A stretch of DNA of 63,742 bases, filler included, from Octopus bimaculoides (GCF_001194135.2; 4 parts of 4 records of this genome joined end to end with filler, not necessarily neighbours in it); one strand, 5' to 3'; positions 37,446-52,195 are shown, counted from the first letter of the whole stretch. Numbers and translations: made by a program. The notes: a model not told the origin generated them from the sequence alone.

Positions 37446-40400
37446 TTTAATGAATGACAACATAACTTTGTTATCTAAATACAAATGAAGTAAACAGTCA
37501 CATGATAGCTCGCAAATTATATCATGCTTCAGCTTATGTTATATCATATAATATTCGACTATGAACTCCAGCTGTACAAAAAGCGCAATGTAACGCATAT
37601 GCGTATAATATGGTCATAACCACCTAAATCCACATATTTAATTGATTTTATCAAACAGGGATATTTTGATCCATCAAAGTAGCCCCTAATTATAAAAGCC
37701 AAATTTTCCTCAAATTACCTTATATATAAGCCGGCATGGTAATAAGGTCGACAATATACTTCTAGACACGCTATCACTGAAATAAATCCAGGATGGTCAT
37801 GTCCGGGTACCTGTAATCATAATATTTTACCTTTGGAGCTAATCTAGACAGAGCAATCGAAAAACCCTATCATTAGATGAATAGAAACTAAAGTTGAAAC
37901 CCTTGATGGATCGGAACTCATAATATGAAGATATAAAACTAATTATGTATAGCATTGATACGGTGTTCCAAGATATTCGCATCTTCTCTAATACGTCTAA
38001 GCCGAAAGATATTATAAATACAATGTTTAAATACATTGTAATAACGTTATATCTTCCAGACGAAGTGTCCATTATATTACAATCTTTCGAGTTTCTATTC
38101 AAAGAGTTATTAAAGATACATCAATGCTAACGTTAGTGAAGAATGTATTTAGTCAATATTTCAGCTTCTGTAAACCCTCAGTACTTATCACTTCTTGTCT
38201 CTCCATAATTAATTCTTTGTCTGATATATCTTTGCATAAAGACGGTCAGTCGTGTAGGTCTCTGTAATATGTAATTATATTTTGAAAACTCATAAGAACA
38301 TCTTATCAAATGTATTAATTTACGTCGCTCAACATACGATACACTTCCGAATTGGTCAGAAATTCAGATGCATTTAATTCTATTATTACCTACTTATATT
38401 AATACTGTATTTAACACAAATATTTAAATGCATGAATCTTATAAAGCTAAGTTTTGAACCTGTGTAATGGTTCAAATACAAACTAGTCTACCTGGCAGAA
38501 ATCATGCATCTCGTCCACGTATTTCATGTGAATATTTTGCTGAAGATTTCCTTAGTAAGTTAGCGCTTGAAAATTGTAGGAGAAGTGATCTAAGTCTTAT
38601 AGATTTATAACTATTTAGATTAAACCATTTGCAAATGTATCCATTTTACTTGGAGTAGAATACGGTGAGACGAGATATAGGAAGTAATTCGATCTCGTTA
38701 ATCTGGTTGTAAGAGTAGTACCTGACAGCAAGTGTAGTGTGGCAAGTTGGACATTGAACTACATTTTGTTCATATTTCCTTTGATATGTTATGGTGCATC
38801 TTCAAACGAAACCTTTAAGGCATAACTATATGTGAGGAAGTGTTCAACCTCATCATGTAAAGGTAGTTTTGTTATGTTTACATTCATCATGCATGCAAAC
38901 AAATGCAACACATACGCATGCACACACATATACACAAACATACATATACGTATATAACTGAAGTATATAGCATATTTGACATGAGTACGTTACTGCGTAT
39001 TTAAGCAATTTTGTTTCCATTCCCACACATTTACACACTAAATTTATATATTTTAATTTACATAATTCTTGAGTTGCCTTCTAATACATATTACATTCTG
39101 TCAATTCAATATCATATGTTAATCGTTAGTGAAAGATTTTGAGAACATGTCAGACACTTGTATATTTTGGTCAATGTTGCACTTCTCCCGTGATACAAAT
39201 GACAGAAACTGTTTCCGAACGTTTAGCAATATACATGAATTACACATAACATCGGTTGCCTACTTCTAGGCCAGAGATAGTCGGGCACCGTCAAATATCA
39301 TATCTTATCCGTGGTCCTGATGAGTGTTTGTTTCAGACTGAGTGTATTTAGGACTGCGTTATCATATTTACCACACATTGTTGGATCTGTATTATAATAT
39401 TCTGATGTCATTGTCAACTGTGAGGGCGACAACTTATAAGATTTAAATCTCTATAAATAACAGCCATCTCTGTTGTGAACCACACTAAAATCTGTATTAT
39501 ACTGAAGGACATATTTGATTATGTAATTCGTAAACCATTATTGATAGATGAAGCAAAATGGAAATGAGTTTCTTTTCCCACTGAAAAAGCATGCCATGCT
39601 GGCGCACAACGTAAATGATCAAGGCTGAAATGGCTTTCAAAATTGTTTTGCTGAATCAGATTTTATCTGTAGCTAAGCATCACAACCAACATCATAATCA
39701 TCTTCAATAACTACAAACAACAATGTCGAAAGCCACATAGAAACGCCCTTGTTTGAGCACTAATAACATATTGATTTCGGATACTACATCTAAGGTGGTG
39801 CTATCAGTAAAAAATAGAAGACTGTTATGTTGCCTTCCGTGACAGAATGTAATCTTGTAATTTCATAAAGATTTTCTTCTGTTTTACTTGATTTCAATGA
39901 GTAAGTCGCTTTTTGAAGAAACTTCAATGAATACATGAAGAAAAGGGGAACTTGACATGGCCGATTGATCTTCAGGTAATAGCAGCTAAATCTCTCTCGT
40001 CACACACTACTATATCTGTAAAGTTAGGTAGGTTGAATAATACAGTCATAGAAACCCATAAGAATATGAGAATAGGAAACTGATATAGAGGGACTGTCTA
40101 TGATTATCGATCTACTTCATCAATGGTAACTTTCGATTACCTCCAATATCATCAAGCATTGAACTGAATAACACAAATCATAGCATGCAGAATCTTTACT
40201 TGAAGCAATTTGGACCAGCAACAGGAACATCCGTCACCATTTGTTACGCAATTGAACATTTTACCTCCTTGAAACCTCTTAATTATCTTCACAATAAAAT
40301 TTCGCGATGCTCTGCCACGATGTTTTTTTCTTCCATTTTCAAATGAAATGCTCTTGCAAAAGCAACAAAATTAATTGATAAAACGAGATTTCCCACTGAA

Positions 40401-40947
40401 CAAGTTTCAAGGAAACATGTCAAGCATGCATATTATCCGGTAACAAGATCAGATATGATAGGTCGGTCATCCGGTCCCATTGAAATGCAAAGATATCTCT
40501 TAGCAAATATTTGATGGCGAGATAGAACAAGGGTATCAAACGGTCAACAGCATTAACAGTGTTATAAAATGCATTTCAATGCCATCAGAAAGTCCTTGAA
40601 TTATACAGTACATTAACAAAATGTTGCTAAAGGAAGTCCATCTTAAATCGATGTAATTAACAGAGACTATATTATTGCTGAAGCGATTCAGTACAATTAA
40701 ATCTTTACATGCTCAAAATCAAACATACCACGAAAGAAACTTTATGAAAAAGGTATTTGTCGCCAATACTGAATGAAATTTCCGTGTTCTCAAAAATGCG
40801 CAACTTACTATATTAAATGTATGAGAACTTGCTGTATGTGTTCTTAGTATTCAAAATCTGCACTGCGATATTTTCCGGCGGTCATATTGCAAATGTGCAG
40901 AATTCGCTGAGCTACATGCGTTCTTTCTCTAAATGTAGCCTTCCAAC

Positions 40948-40980
<33 letters not shown>

Positions 40981-41150
40981 ACATACACACACATACACAC
41001 ACACGCACACACACACNNNNNNNNNNNNNNNNNNNNNNNNNNNNNNNNNNNNNNNNNNNNNNNNNNNNNNNNNNNNNNNNNNNNNNNNNNNNNNNNNNNN
41101 NNNNNNNNNNNNNNNNNNNNNNNNNNNNNNNNNNNNNNNNNNNNNNNNNN

Positions 41151-41182
<32 letters not shown>

Positions 41183-41312
41183 GCCTACGAAATAGAAGCA
41201 ATCTCTGAGTAAAGGAGCTAAATGCACAGACATCGGAGGACGGTAAGTTACTGTAGTGTTTAACCAAATATAGCACCATCATGGAAATACTGTGCTTAAA
41301 ACCAAACTTTAC

Positions 41313-41391
41313 CTGAAGGAGAAGCGAAAACCAGAAGGGGAAAGAAAATCGCTGCAGCAGCGGCAAGCGAGAAGGCCAAATGCATATCATC
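41313..41391 (-). CDS. Candidate orphan exon encoding a signal-peptide or TM-like segment (MHLAFSLAAAAAIFFPLLVFASPS)
   Basis: ttgctcaactag acceptor, ATG at 41385, hydrophobic core with VFA|SP cleavage-like site, phase-1 CAG|gtaaag donor. No homology recognised. Confidence 0.4.
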
Positions 41392-43651
41392 CTAGTTGAG
41401 CAATATTAAAGCGTGTACGCATAGCCAGTCACATGGTTAGATGAGATTTATCACCTCCGATATACAGGAGACAGTAAATAACACATTTATAGATATTATA
41501 ACAGTGCCTGAATAACAATAAAGTATAAGTAACAGAAACAAATTAAATGAAAAGAGTTGCCTTCGTGTCATACATAATGTAAATACATAGTTGAAAGGTA
41601 AGAAAATATTCTAAAATATTCTTTCAGTTATTTAAGCCATTCCGTACTGAATCTCTTTAAAATAGGTGAATTTTAAAAAATTACGAAGGTCACAACAGAA
41701 CATTTCATCAAACTGTACTAATACTAATACTAAGGAAATAATACTCACAGTCCACGCCAAATCTATAGTCAGCAAAATAATTTCGCCCTGGACATCGTAG
41801 GTGCCACTTTCACTTCTATAAGGGTTAAACTACTAATTATTTTCCTTTGCGAATCCAGGCTTGTTTTCATTATTTTATCTGCATAATTTTCTCACTTCCC
41901 AGTTTCCTTTCTCTTTCCCTTCTGTTTCTTCGTTTGTCTGTCTGTCTGGCTGTCTGTCTGTCTCTCTGTCTCTGTCTCTCTGTCTCTGTCTCTCTGTCTC
42001 TCTCTCCCTATCTCTCTCTCCATATATATATATATGCATACACACACCAATTCAAATATACATATACATACATATATATATATACATATATATATACATA
42101 TATATATACANNNNNNNNNNACCTACCTACATGTACATGTATATATAGATGAATATCCGGGTACAGGACGTCAAAAAACGTAGACAAAACGGAACGGGAA
42201 CAAAAACAAAGCACTAAAAAAGAACTTTTTTTAGGGACAACAGAATGAACCCATAGGCAAACAGACACCAAGACAGGGAAAACTAAACAGTGAAAACAAA
42301 GTTGAGGGCCGTTAAGCCGAACGAGATGAGATACTGAACGCTGTGATGTGACGAACTTGAGCAGAAAAAGATAGCATTTCGTGTTGCCTTTATGATGGCT
42401 GAATGGAGAAAGGAAGAGGTGACAACAGGTCACATGTTATCCACGAGAAACATAGGTGAGCGACGAGAGACAGGGAAGAAGAGTTAGAGAGGGATATAGC
42501 AGTGAAGGGGTGAAGCAAAGACAACAAAATGAAGAAGAACGAGATGGGGAGATAGATAAGAAGAAAAGAAGATAGATAGATAGATAGAGTGCGCCTCAGA
42601 AATATAAATTGAAAACTTACTTGCAAATGGACGCGTGGCGTTCGATAATATAATAACAGAAATATGTGAGCATATGCATATATACATANNNNNNNNNNNN
42701 NNNNNNNNNNNNNNNNNNNNNNNNNNNNNNNNNNNNNNNNNNNNNNNNNNNNNNNNNNNNNNNNNNNNNNNNNNNNNNNNNNNNNNNNNNNNNNNNNNNN
42801 NNNNNNNNNNNNNNNNNNNNNNNNNNNNNNNNNNNNNNNNNNNNNNNNNNNNNNNNNNNNNNNNNNNNNNNNNNNNNNNNNNNNNNNNNNNNNNNNNNNN
42901 NNNNNNNNNNNNNNNNNNNNNNNNNNNNNNNNNNNNNNNNNNNNNNNNNNNNNNNNNNNNNNNNNNNNNNNNNNNNNNNNNNNNNNNNNNNNNNNNNNNN
43001 NNNNNNNNNNNNNNNNNNNNNNNNNNNNNNNNNNNNNNNNNNNNNNNNNNNNNNNNNNNNNNNNNNNNNNNNNNNNNNNNNNNNNNNNNNNNNNNNNNNN
43101 NNNNNNNNNNNNNNNNNNNNNNNNNNNNNNNNNNNNNNNNNNNNNNNNNNNNNNNNNNNNNNNNNNNNNNNNNNNNNNNNNNNNNNNNNNNNNNNNNNNN
43201 NNNNNNNNNNNNNNNNNNNNNNNNNNNNNNNNNNNNNNNNNNNNNNNNNNNNNNNNNNNNNNNNNNNNNNNNNNNNNNNNNNNNNNNNNNNNNNNNNNNN
43301 NNNNNNNNNNNNNNNNNNNNNNNNNNNNNNNNNNNNNNNNNNNNNNNNNNNNNNNNNNNNNNNNNNNNNNNNNNNNNNNNNNNNNNNNNNNNNNNNNNNN
43401 NNNNNNNNNNNNNNNNNNNNNNNNNNNNNNNNNNNNNNNNNNNNNNNNNNNNNNNNNNNNNNNNNNNNNNNNNNNNNNNNNNNNNNNNNNNNNNNNNNNN
43501 NNNNNNNNNNNNNNNNNNNNNNNNNNNNNNNNNNNNNNNNNNNNNNNNNNNNNNNNNNNNNATATAAACAGTTAATTTGTTATATTCTTAGCGGTATCTA
43601 GCTGGAACAAATATGAGTAGGTATATGTATACATATATACATATATGTGCA

Positions 43652-43697
<46 letters not shown>

Positions 43698-43972
43698 ACA
43701 TATATATGCAAGTGTGTGTGAGTGTGTGTATGTGTACGTTTGTATGTGTGAGTGTGTGTGTATGTGTGGTTGTATGTTTAAAGAATGCTGTTGGGAGATC
43801 GTTGAACTTTATCTCTAAGATAAATGAGCGACTAGTAGAATACTGTGGGCCATACTACAGGGCGGAGAACTATTTTCGGCCACTTATACATCCACTATAT
43901 GATGAGTGCTTATTTTAGATAACAAAAAAGATTCATTGGTCTACATGTCCTGATATGCATATATACATACAT

Positions 43973-44019
<47 letters not shown>

Positions 44020-44756
44020 NNNNNNNNNNNNNNNNNNNNNNNNNNNNNNNNNNNNNNNNNNNNNNNATATATATATATATATATACATATATAGTTCAAA
44101 TAAGGAAAAAGACAAAGAAACAACAACAAAAATAAATAACGTGAGGACGTGATACAAATTGTGTTACTAGACGCTCGGGAAGGGAAAGAAAAGATTCAAG
44201 GATGAAAATGTAGGAAGAAAGCTATCTTGAAGTTGTTCGTAGTTACTTTTAAAAAACAGCTCTCGGGGATAATACTGATTTATTGAGACGGATTGTTGGG
44301 GAACTTTTCGAAGTACGATAAACTGAGAAAAGTTCTTTTTTATATTTCACGATACGCGACCAGGATTGCAGGCTAATGCGAATATGAATACAAGAGTTAA
44401 GGAATGGAGTATAGATGCTCCGGCCTACATATGCTTTATAGCGCTGGAAACTCGGGAATGGTAAATATCCAAGCGAGGAGTATACAGCAGGCTACTCCTC
44501 AAGCCACAGATGTGGTGATTAAATGAAAGTTTGCATTGTCGCAAGGAGGTACGTATTAAGATGTACCTCCTGTAAACTTGCATTTAATCAACATATCCTT
44601 GAAGAGTAAGTTTCATATGTGTGTGCGTGTATATACATATTAAATAACGATCAAATCAATTGGAACAATGGGAAGAAATAGAACCATATATGTTATAAAA
44701 ATTATTAAAATTATAAATAAGGGTATCTAAGAGATACCAGCATGATTGAAATAGCT

Positions 44757-44988
44757 GTCACAACCATGACTCTAACACCACATAAAGTATTCAATACAGC
44801 ACAAGGTGAAACGACAAATAGACGAATAAAACCAGTAAAAATTGGATAGTTTCAGTACACGGACAATTACAGAGCCAGAAACCCAGGGTCTGAAACAATC
44901 CAATTTTTTACTGATTTTATTTGTCTATTTGTCCTTTCTCCTTGTGCTGTATTGAATACTTGATGTGGTGTTAGAACCAGGTTTTGAC
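44757..44988. repeat. Imperfect inverted repeat (about 85-100-bp arms, about 35-bp spacer)
   Basis: tctaacaccacataaagtattcaatacagcacaagg...tttcag versus ctgaaac...ccttgtgctgtattgaatacttgatgtggtgttaga. Confidence 0.85.
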
Positions 44989-47129
44989 TGTTACAGAACT
45001 GATAAACGTCTCCAAATTATATTACATCGCACGTCCTCTAATATCAAGTATTTTGTGATTAGTGAGTATGAAGACTATACACATTTTATTTTAAAATTTA
45101 ACAAATGACTAACACACCACATCAGTGACTTACCTCATTAATAATGTCCTGTACAGCACTCCACTATTTTCTTCCTCATTCGGTATCAATAGATTAGTCC
45201 CTGTAATAACGTAAGTTACATTGATGACATGGCAAAACGAACAGCTTTTCATTTGTATTTTTCTACCAATACGATTGGTGTTTAACACTACACAATCCAG
45301 TGGAGTTGAAAAGAAGAATTACTATGGATTCACTGAATGAAACAGCATTAATGTTATAAAACTCCTAACGTTGAGGTTTCAATAGTAATTAACTCTGATT
45401 TGAACAATGTCTGTACGTGCGCGCGCGTGAACGTGTTATATGATATCTTTATTACCACAAGAATCTTAACTCTGAATTTGGACAATGAGCATTCAATATG
45501 ACTTCCTTGCAGTTCTAGCAATGCACCATCTTGGATTAGTACTTATTATATCGATCCCTCAAGAATAAAGATCAAATCTGTCCTCGGCAGGAACTGAACT
45601 CAATAAGTGGGAACAAATACTACGATGCTTTTGCGCGACGCTCTTATGAATACCAATTTGCCTCCGTGTAAATTCTATGATATTTGGTCTTGTTTCCTAT
45701 CCTGTGATACTTATGCTCTCATATTTGATACAGACGAATTTCCTGCTTTCGTGCTCTACATAATTTATGTAACCCCAAATGCACTACACTAACTAAATAA
45801 TTCTTTGGGTTTCCTCATAAAAAGTTAACCCACAGGAACTTCTTACTTGAAAGTATTTCACAGCAGTAGTTGATCTGCGAATAATCTGGTGGAGCTGCAT
45901 TTTATGCAAAGGACTTGGTTGGTAATAGCACATAAAAGAAATATGTATTTGAAATCAAAATTAGGTATAACTTATTAACACAAAATAAAATTGAATTAGA
46001 TGTATATGATTTTTGATAACTTTCTGGTTGTTTAAGTAAATGTTTTGCATTAATATATAAGTACTGTTGGCTAAACAGCAATATCGTCATGGAATGTATT
46101 CTCTAGAGACATACCTACAATCCAAAATCTAAAGTTGAAACATTAATTTTCTTGCGGTAACTAGGTTATACATTATGCATATGAATGTTGGACATGCCAC
46201 CAACATTCTTATAGCATAATCTAAATAAATATTGGTTTAACATTTTAGCATAAACCAGCATTTTCGTGGGAGGGGCCCATGCTGATTAAATCCCCTCCAC
46301 TTCCCATCTTGTACTTATTTCATCACGAAAGGTATGAAGGACGAAGTCAACCTCAGATGAATTTGAACTCACAACAATAAGACGGAGGAAATGCCTAGCG
46401 TTTTAACCATTCTGCCTGCCCGTCACTTTAATCTGTAAAGAAATATTCCGAGGTTATATTGTGTTTTCGATTCTCATTTAGAGTATAGTGACAGATAAGT
46501 TCCAGTACCAGACCCTCTTGTAGAATTTTGCCTCACACTCATTTCAAAAGTTGTTTGTGCTACCTTTGTCTTCGTAAGCGTCAGGGATAGCGCAAATAAT
46601 CAACAATAATATTAATGTGTCGCTTTCTTCTGATTATGATTCTTCCTTCCATAGGAAGTCTAAAATCAATAATGAACCAGTCAGATATTAGTTTAGGTTG
46701 CAGAAAGTCAACAACACAATTCATTTTCCGTAGATTCTGTTGTTATTAATTAACATTTGGTTAACCCTAATGGAGCGGGCCTATGATATATGAAACTTAG
46801 ATACGCATTTACAGTTGTTTGGCTAAAATGAGATTAATAAGGACAATATGAAACTGCATTCTCATTTTACTAACTGATACTACTTCATTTATCTCTTATG
46901 TTTAGCAGGCCAAGTTTCCAATCGGAGAATCGATTACACGTTTCTCAAACGTGTTTCTGTTCTTTTCAGTATCGACTACAAAAAAGAAAACAAATGCTGG
47001 AAATAAAGTAGGCATCAATTCAATCGACAACCAGATTTCTTCGAGAAATATTATAGTGTACCAATTAAAGACATCAATAAGGAACGTTCACCTGTTGATT
47101 ACGTAATTGCTAAATTCGTTCCATAACTA

Positions 47130-47810
47130 CCGGTTCTAAATTTAAGATCTGAAATTCAGCAATGCGGAAACGGATATATAAACTGTCACTACACAAAACT
47201 TACATTTTTATATGTATTAACATATGGCATGACTTTTCCACGATTTTCCACTCGATGGTATATAGTTTGAACCTGGTTTTCACGCCCAATACGTAGCTAG
47301 CCAACTTAACCGCTTTTCTTTTGTCCATGTACCGAAATTTGATATGTTGTAAGCATGGCGTCTTTTGAAGTCGCCTTCATGTAACTCGATGTAATTGTTC
47401 TTTTCTGTTAGGTTATCATACAGCGTTTTTGTAACTTCTACATTAAATACGAAGAAGTTTATCATGAACGCCTGGTTAAATGGGAAAAATCCAGGGTCTC
47501 GAAAGTTACAAGTGTGAGTAGACCTTTGGCGGTGCATATGGGTAATGATGCTCCTTACACCGGTACTGCAGATATTAATAGACCTAATATACAACTAGGT
47601 CTAAAAATAGACCGAGGTGAAAAATTTGGTTCAACCGCACCACTTTTCCCTAAATGTTTAAAACTAATGTAGGTAAAATATTCTTATCTCTCCTCGATAA
47701 GAGCTTTCCAGAAAATCACAAATACAGAAAGAGATTAGACAGATGTTCAATTAAGTGATCTATAGCAACGGCTGATTTTTTAACCAACACATTAAACAAA
47801 AGATTGATTA
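47130..47810. mobile_element. Two decayed Penelope-like fragments in divergent orientation
   Basis: Minus 47130-47480 reads YIELHEGDFKRRH...WA*...IEWKIVEK...KCKFC (GIY-YIG-like). Plus 47600-47810 reads KIWFN...FKTNVGKIFLSLLDKSFPENHKYRK (PLE linker). Confidence 0.7.
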
Positions 47811-47825
47811 GTTAGTTGATTAGAC

Positions 47826-48900
47826 CAGTGCTTCCCAAACTTTATTTTACTCACAGCGCACCTTATAAGAAGTCAAAATATTTGGCGCACTTGGTACATA
47901 AATTTAAAAATTGATTCAATTGGGGCTTTATACATATTAGCATAGCATAAACCATAAACTAATATATATTTATAATCAAAGATACAGGAAAATTGCATGT
48001 ACCTACTATTTCTTCAATATATGAAATAAAGTTATCAATGAGAAACATGCGCTTGATGTTTTTAGGAAACACTTTCAATATTAGGACGTATTTGAGAAAG
48101 ACGAACTCTCATTTCTTCTTTGATGCTATGGAGCGTCTCTCGTTTTGGGGATTTGATGTTATTGAGGGTTGAAAATCCCAACTCATATAGATATGATGTG
48201 GAAAACTGCATCAAAACGGATAAAGCTTCTTTTTTTTTTTATTAGTGATGGGTATTCTCCTATAATAGCAATCCAAAATATATCAATAGATAACTCAGCA
48301 TAGCATATTTGATTTTAAGTCTGCGACCATTGGATATAGATGTCAATTGCTATGGAATTTTATGAAGGGATTTCAGACCCAATCATATTCTTCTGTAATC
48401 ATTGACGGAAAATAAAATTTTATTTTTTCTTCCGGATTTTCCAAATCTTCAAATACAATAGTTGTCATTTCTTATATATAGCTTTTACGTTTGAAGGGAA
48501 ACATTTCGAAATAACCACCTTCAGCTCTATTTTTCCAAATTGCAACTTACTTTTCAAATGAAACTAGCTTCTCTGCAGAAGTGATTATATTTTCATGCCT
48601 ACCTTGGATACTTGTATTGACGCTGTTAAGTTGTGCAAATATTTCTGTTAAATATTCTAGCTTGGAAACCCAAAACTTACTTTGTAGATATTCCGAGAAG
48701 CGTTCATATTTTTCTGTAAAAAATGCATGCAGTTTAATCTGGTGTTCATATATGCGACGTTGCACCTTACCTTTTCAGAGCCATCTGATTTTTGCGTGTA
48801 AGCGATCGTGCTGGGACTCCATATCAACACAAGTTTGTTCTAATAAGCGATATTGCAACGGCATACAATTAATATAATTAACCAATTCAATAACTTGGTT
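47826..48900 (-). mobile_element. Decayed hAT (Buster/Charlie) transposon: 3' TIR plus transposase C-terminal half
   Basis: TIR CAGTGCTTCCCAAACTTT next to gatTAgac; frames LHAKIRWL*KGKV, KLEYLTEIFAQLNSVNTSIQG, FSTSYLYELGFSTLNNIK...RVRLSQIRPNI...HQAHVSH*. Confidence 0.88.
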
Positions 48901-49899
48901 TAATACTTGCTTTAACTCATACTGGTATTGTTTTTGAAACTAGTATCCCTTTATGTAGGAATGTAAAAAAAAATATGAACATATATATAATTCTTAAATA
49001 TATTCTAGCTAAATTTATTATACTGTTCTATATTTTAGAGATGAAGAATGTAAATAATGTAAATTTATTTTTCATATCAATATTAAAATATGCTGTGTCC
49101 GAAATCTAACCTAGTTGTATGTGTGTCATTATTCAGTTTATTTCAAGATTTCGTGCCAATAGAGAAAGATTCGATTTGTAACATGGATCCAAGGCTCCTT
49201 CATTAGAATTTCAACATCAACAACAGGGTATGTTTGTTTTTATGTATGTATGTATGTATGTATGTGTGTATGTATGTATCTATGTATATATTTATGTATG
49301 TATGCATGTATGCATGTATGTATGTATGTATGTATGTGCAGATCTGTATATTTTATGTACGTATTCTCATGCATATAGTTGCAAATCTAGACATGCTCAT
49401 ATATATTTAGATGATAAACTCTTAGAAACTTTTACAGATTTTTACAGTTCCAGTGATGGAATGGATCTGTAGTCTTCGAATTAGCTTTCTCGTTTCTAGT
49501 TTTGAGAATCCCAATTTCTCAAAATTGGTATTTAGGCAGTGTGTTACATATCCCAGGGCCCTAATAATTACAGGTATGAACCTGAACTTGTAATCTAGAT
49601 AGAGTACTGCAGATTACTCAGTAGTTCAGTATAGGTGTTCTCTTTTAAAATGATCTTCAGCTTTATTTTAACATCCGCAATCTACAACTGTGCACAGTTT
49701 CTCTTCTGTATCTCAAATCATTATATCAGGTCTGTCCCCGTTTCATCTACTCCGCGTTTCTCTGTTTGTTTTTTTACGTTGTTCGATAAATGTTTGTTTT
49801 CTATGTTTTCGTTTTTATATTTTCGTTTCACATTGTGTTTAATGTTTTTTTTATGTCCTGTACCCATATGTGCATGTAGATATATATGTAGATATATGC

Positions 49900-49934
<35 letters not shown>

Positions 49935-50922
49935 NNNNNNNNNNNNNNNNNNNNNNNNNNNNNNNNNNNNNNNNNNNNTTAATTAATTAANNNNNNNNNN
50001 NNNNNNNNNNNNNNNNNNNNNNNNNNNNNNNNNNTATATATATATATATATACATACATACATACATACATACATACATACATACATACATACACACATA
50101 CACACACATATATAATCTAAATGCAAAAGTGTTTCACACAATACGGGGAAATTAATAATTATAAGAGAAAAGCCGTTTTCCTTTTTACATTGCAATGAAT
50201 TAATTCGAAACTACATTACGGTGAAATCGTGTCAAGCAACGAAAACCTAATTATCACAATCAATTTTTTCAAAGCACATTATTACGTATTCCGAAATATT
50301 ATATCATATCCATAATATATTTCTACAATCATGTAATGACTACAGCTTCCAGACTACATTCAAAATATTTCCAAATATGTTTATGTGATTCAATGATCAT
50401 TCATACAATACTAAAATGGTGCCCTTCGTATGGTTTTCTCCTGGATATATCATATCTGTTTATAGGAAACTTTTGTGAGGTAACTTTTTCCTACATGTTC
50501 GTGTGTGTGCATTTTTGTTTTTGTGTTTACCTGCTTGTGTGTGATTGTGGATGCTTGTGTGAGTCCGAGTTCACATATATATATTTATATATACGTTCAC
50601 ATTTATAGATGTATACGTATGTAGGGAGGCTCACAGATAAGTGAGTGTGTGTATAAATAAATACAGACACACCTACACTAACATAGAAATGATAACACAT
50701 CCAGGATCAAACCTGGCTAACTAAAGTGTCAGCTACCTGTCCAATTTGGAAATTTTTTGTTCATACCCTGAATTATTTCAAAGCAAGTTATAACAGTTTA
50801 GTAGAAAATGAAAAAGGAATGAAGAATTATACATTTGTAAGATCTTACGAATATTACGTTTCATTTGCTATTACATAGGCTCGTAATAAAGCTTATTAGT
50901 TGGACCAATATGTGATGGACTA

Positions 50923-51133
50923 GTAAGGCGGCGAGCTGGCAGAAACGTTAGCACGCCGGACAAAATGCTTAGCTGTCTGTCATTACGTTCTGAGATCAAT
51001 TTCCGCCGAGGTTGACTTTGCCGTTCATCCTTTCCTGGTCGATAAATTAATTACCACTTGTGTAGTGGAATCGATCTGATCGAAAGGTCTCCTTCCCCAA
51101 AATTTCGGGCCTTGTGCCTAGAGTAGAGATAGT
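50923..51133 (+). mobile_element. SINE family B, full length, with 13-bp TSD
   Basis: ATGTGATGGACTA (50910-50922) / ATGTCATGGACTA (51134-51146). Confidence 0.88.
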
Positions 51134-51224
51134 ATGTCATGGACTAAGAAAATACAGAAGTTGAGAAATTTAGAACTATCTTATATTTATCTACGCTACT
51201 CTTTGATATAAGTTAAGAAGGTGT

Positions 51225-51326
51225 TAACCCTTTCAATCATATTAGTATATTATTTGATAGAGAATTATTCTTCATTATGTAACACTATGTGTCCTGAATG
51301 TTCATAAGCTGATTGAAAATGGTTAA
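51225..51326. mobile_element. Tiny TTAA-flanked MITE
   Basis: TTAACCCTTTCAATCA ... TGATTGAAAATGGTTAA inverted ends. Confidence 0.45.
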
Positions 51327-51377
51327 CCCATCATTCTTCCGTTGTACAAATAGATATATGTGTATGTTTGTATATGC

Positions 51378-51408
<31 letters not shown>

Positions 51409-51413
51409 TTTAT

Positions 51414-51458
<45 letters not shown>

Positions 51459-52195
51459 GATAGTTGTTTTGAGTCATAAGTATTTTTAATGAATAGGACA
51501 AAATGGAACGCGAAAGCGATAGCAAATTCAATTTGGTAGGATGCGCTGGAGGGAGACTCCAATCATAAGTATTTAATGAAATGTTATTGCAAGTGTTATG
51601 AACAAAGTTTGTGAGTGAAAAAGAAAGAAAACGTTATGAGTGTAGAAGACATTGAAAACAGCGAAACTCAATAGAGAAAAACAAAACACAAATTTGATTT
51701 AGACAAAATAATTCAGGCCTTTCATTATTAAAATCAGCATGGTTGACCCATTTTTGTATAACTAAATAAAGCGTATAAATAATTTCAAAAAATATTCTCA
51801 AAATATTTCAAACAAAAACTTTGTAATCTCGTATTTTTTGGTGAAATACAATTGAATAAAGCAGAAGAAAGTGATAGAGAGTTAGAGACAGAGGTAGTAA
51901 GCATTTCGGCAGTGCAGTGCATTAAAATATTTAAATAAAAACAATTGAATGGAGAAGTAGAGAGAGAAGGACTGACAGAGACATATCGCAATGAATAAAT
52001 GTATTGTGTGTGAACAAAGCGTCTGCTTGAATCTCCAATGTTAACACCATTTTTAAATAATATATTAAACTAAAATCTATAAGAAGCTTCCACATAGTTT
52101 TAAATGTTAATAATTGTGTTTTTAGTAAAAGTTATATAATTTCAGCTAACTAATAAGATGCTTCTTCATCATGGTGCATATGAACATATACATAA

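Noticed and set aside
39317-39345. CTGATGAG hammerhead-like start
   Set aside because: No stem II or GAAA follows at a workable distance.
40140-40700. Non-repetitive-looking stretch with faint hAT-like words
   Set aside because: No sustained frame or diagnostic motif; cannot be assigned.
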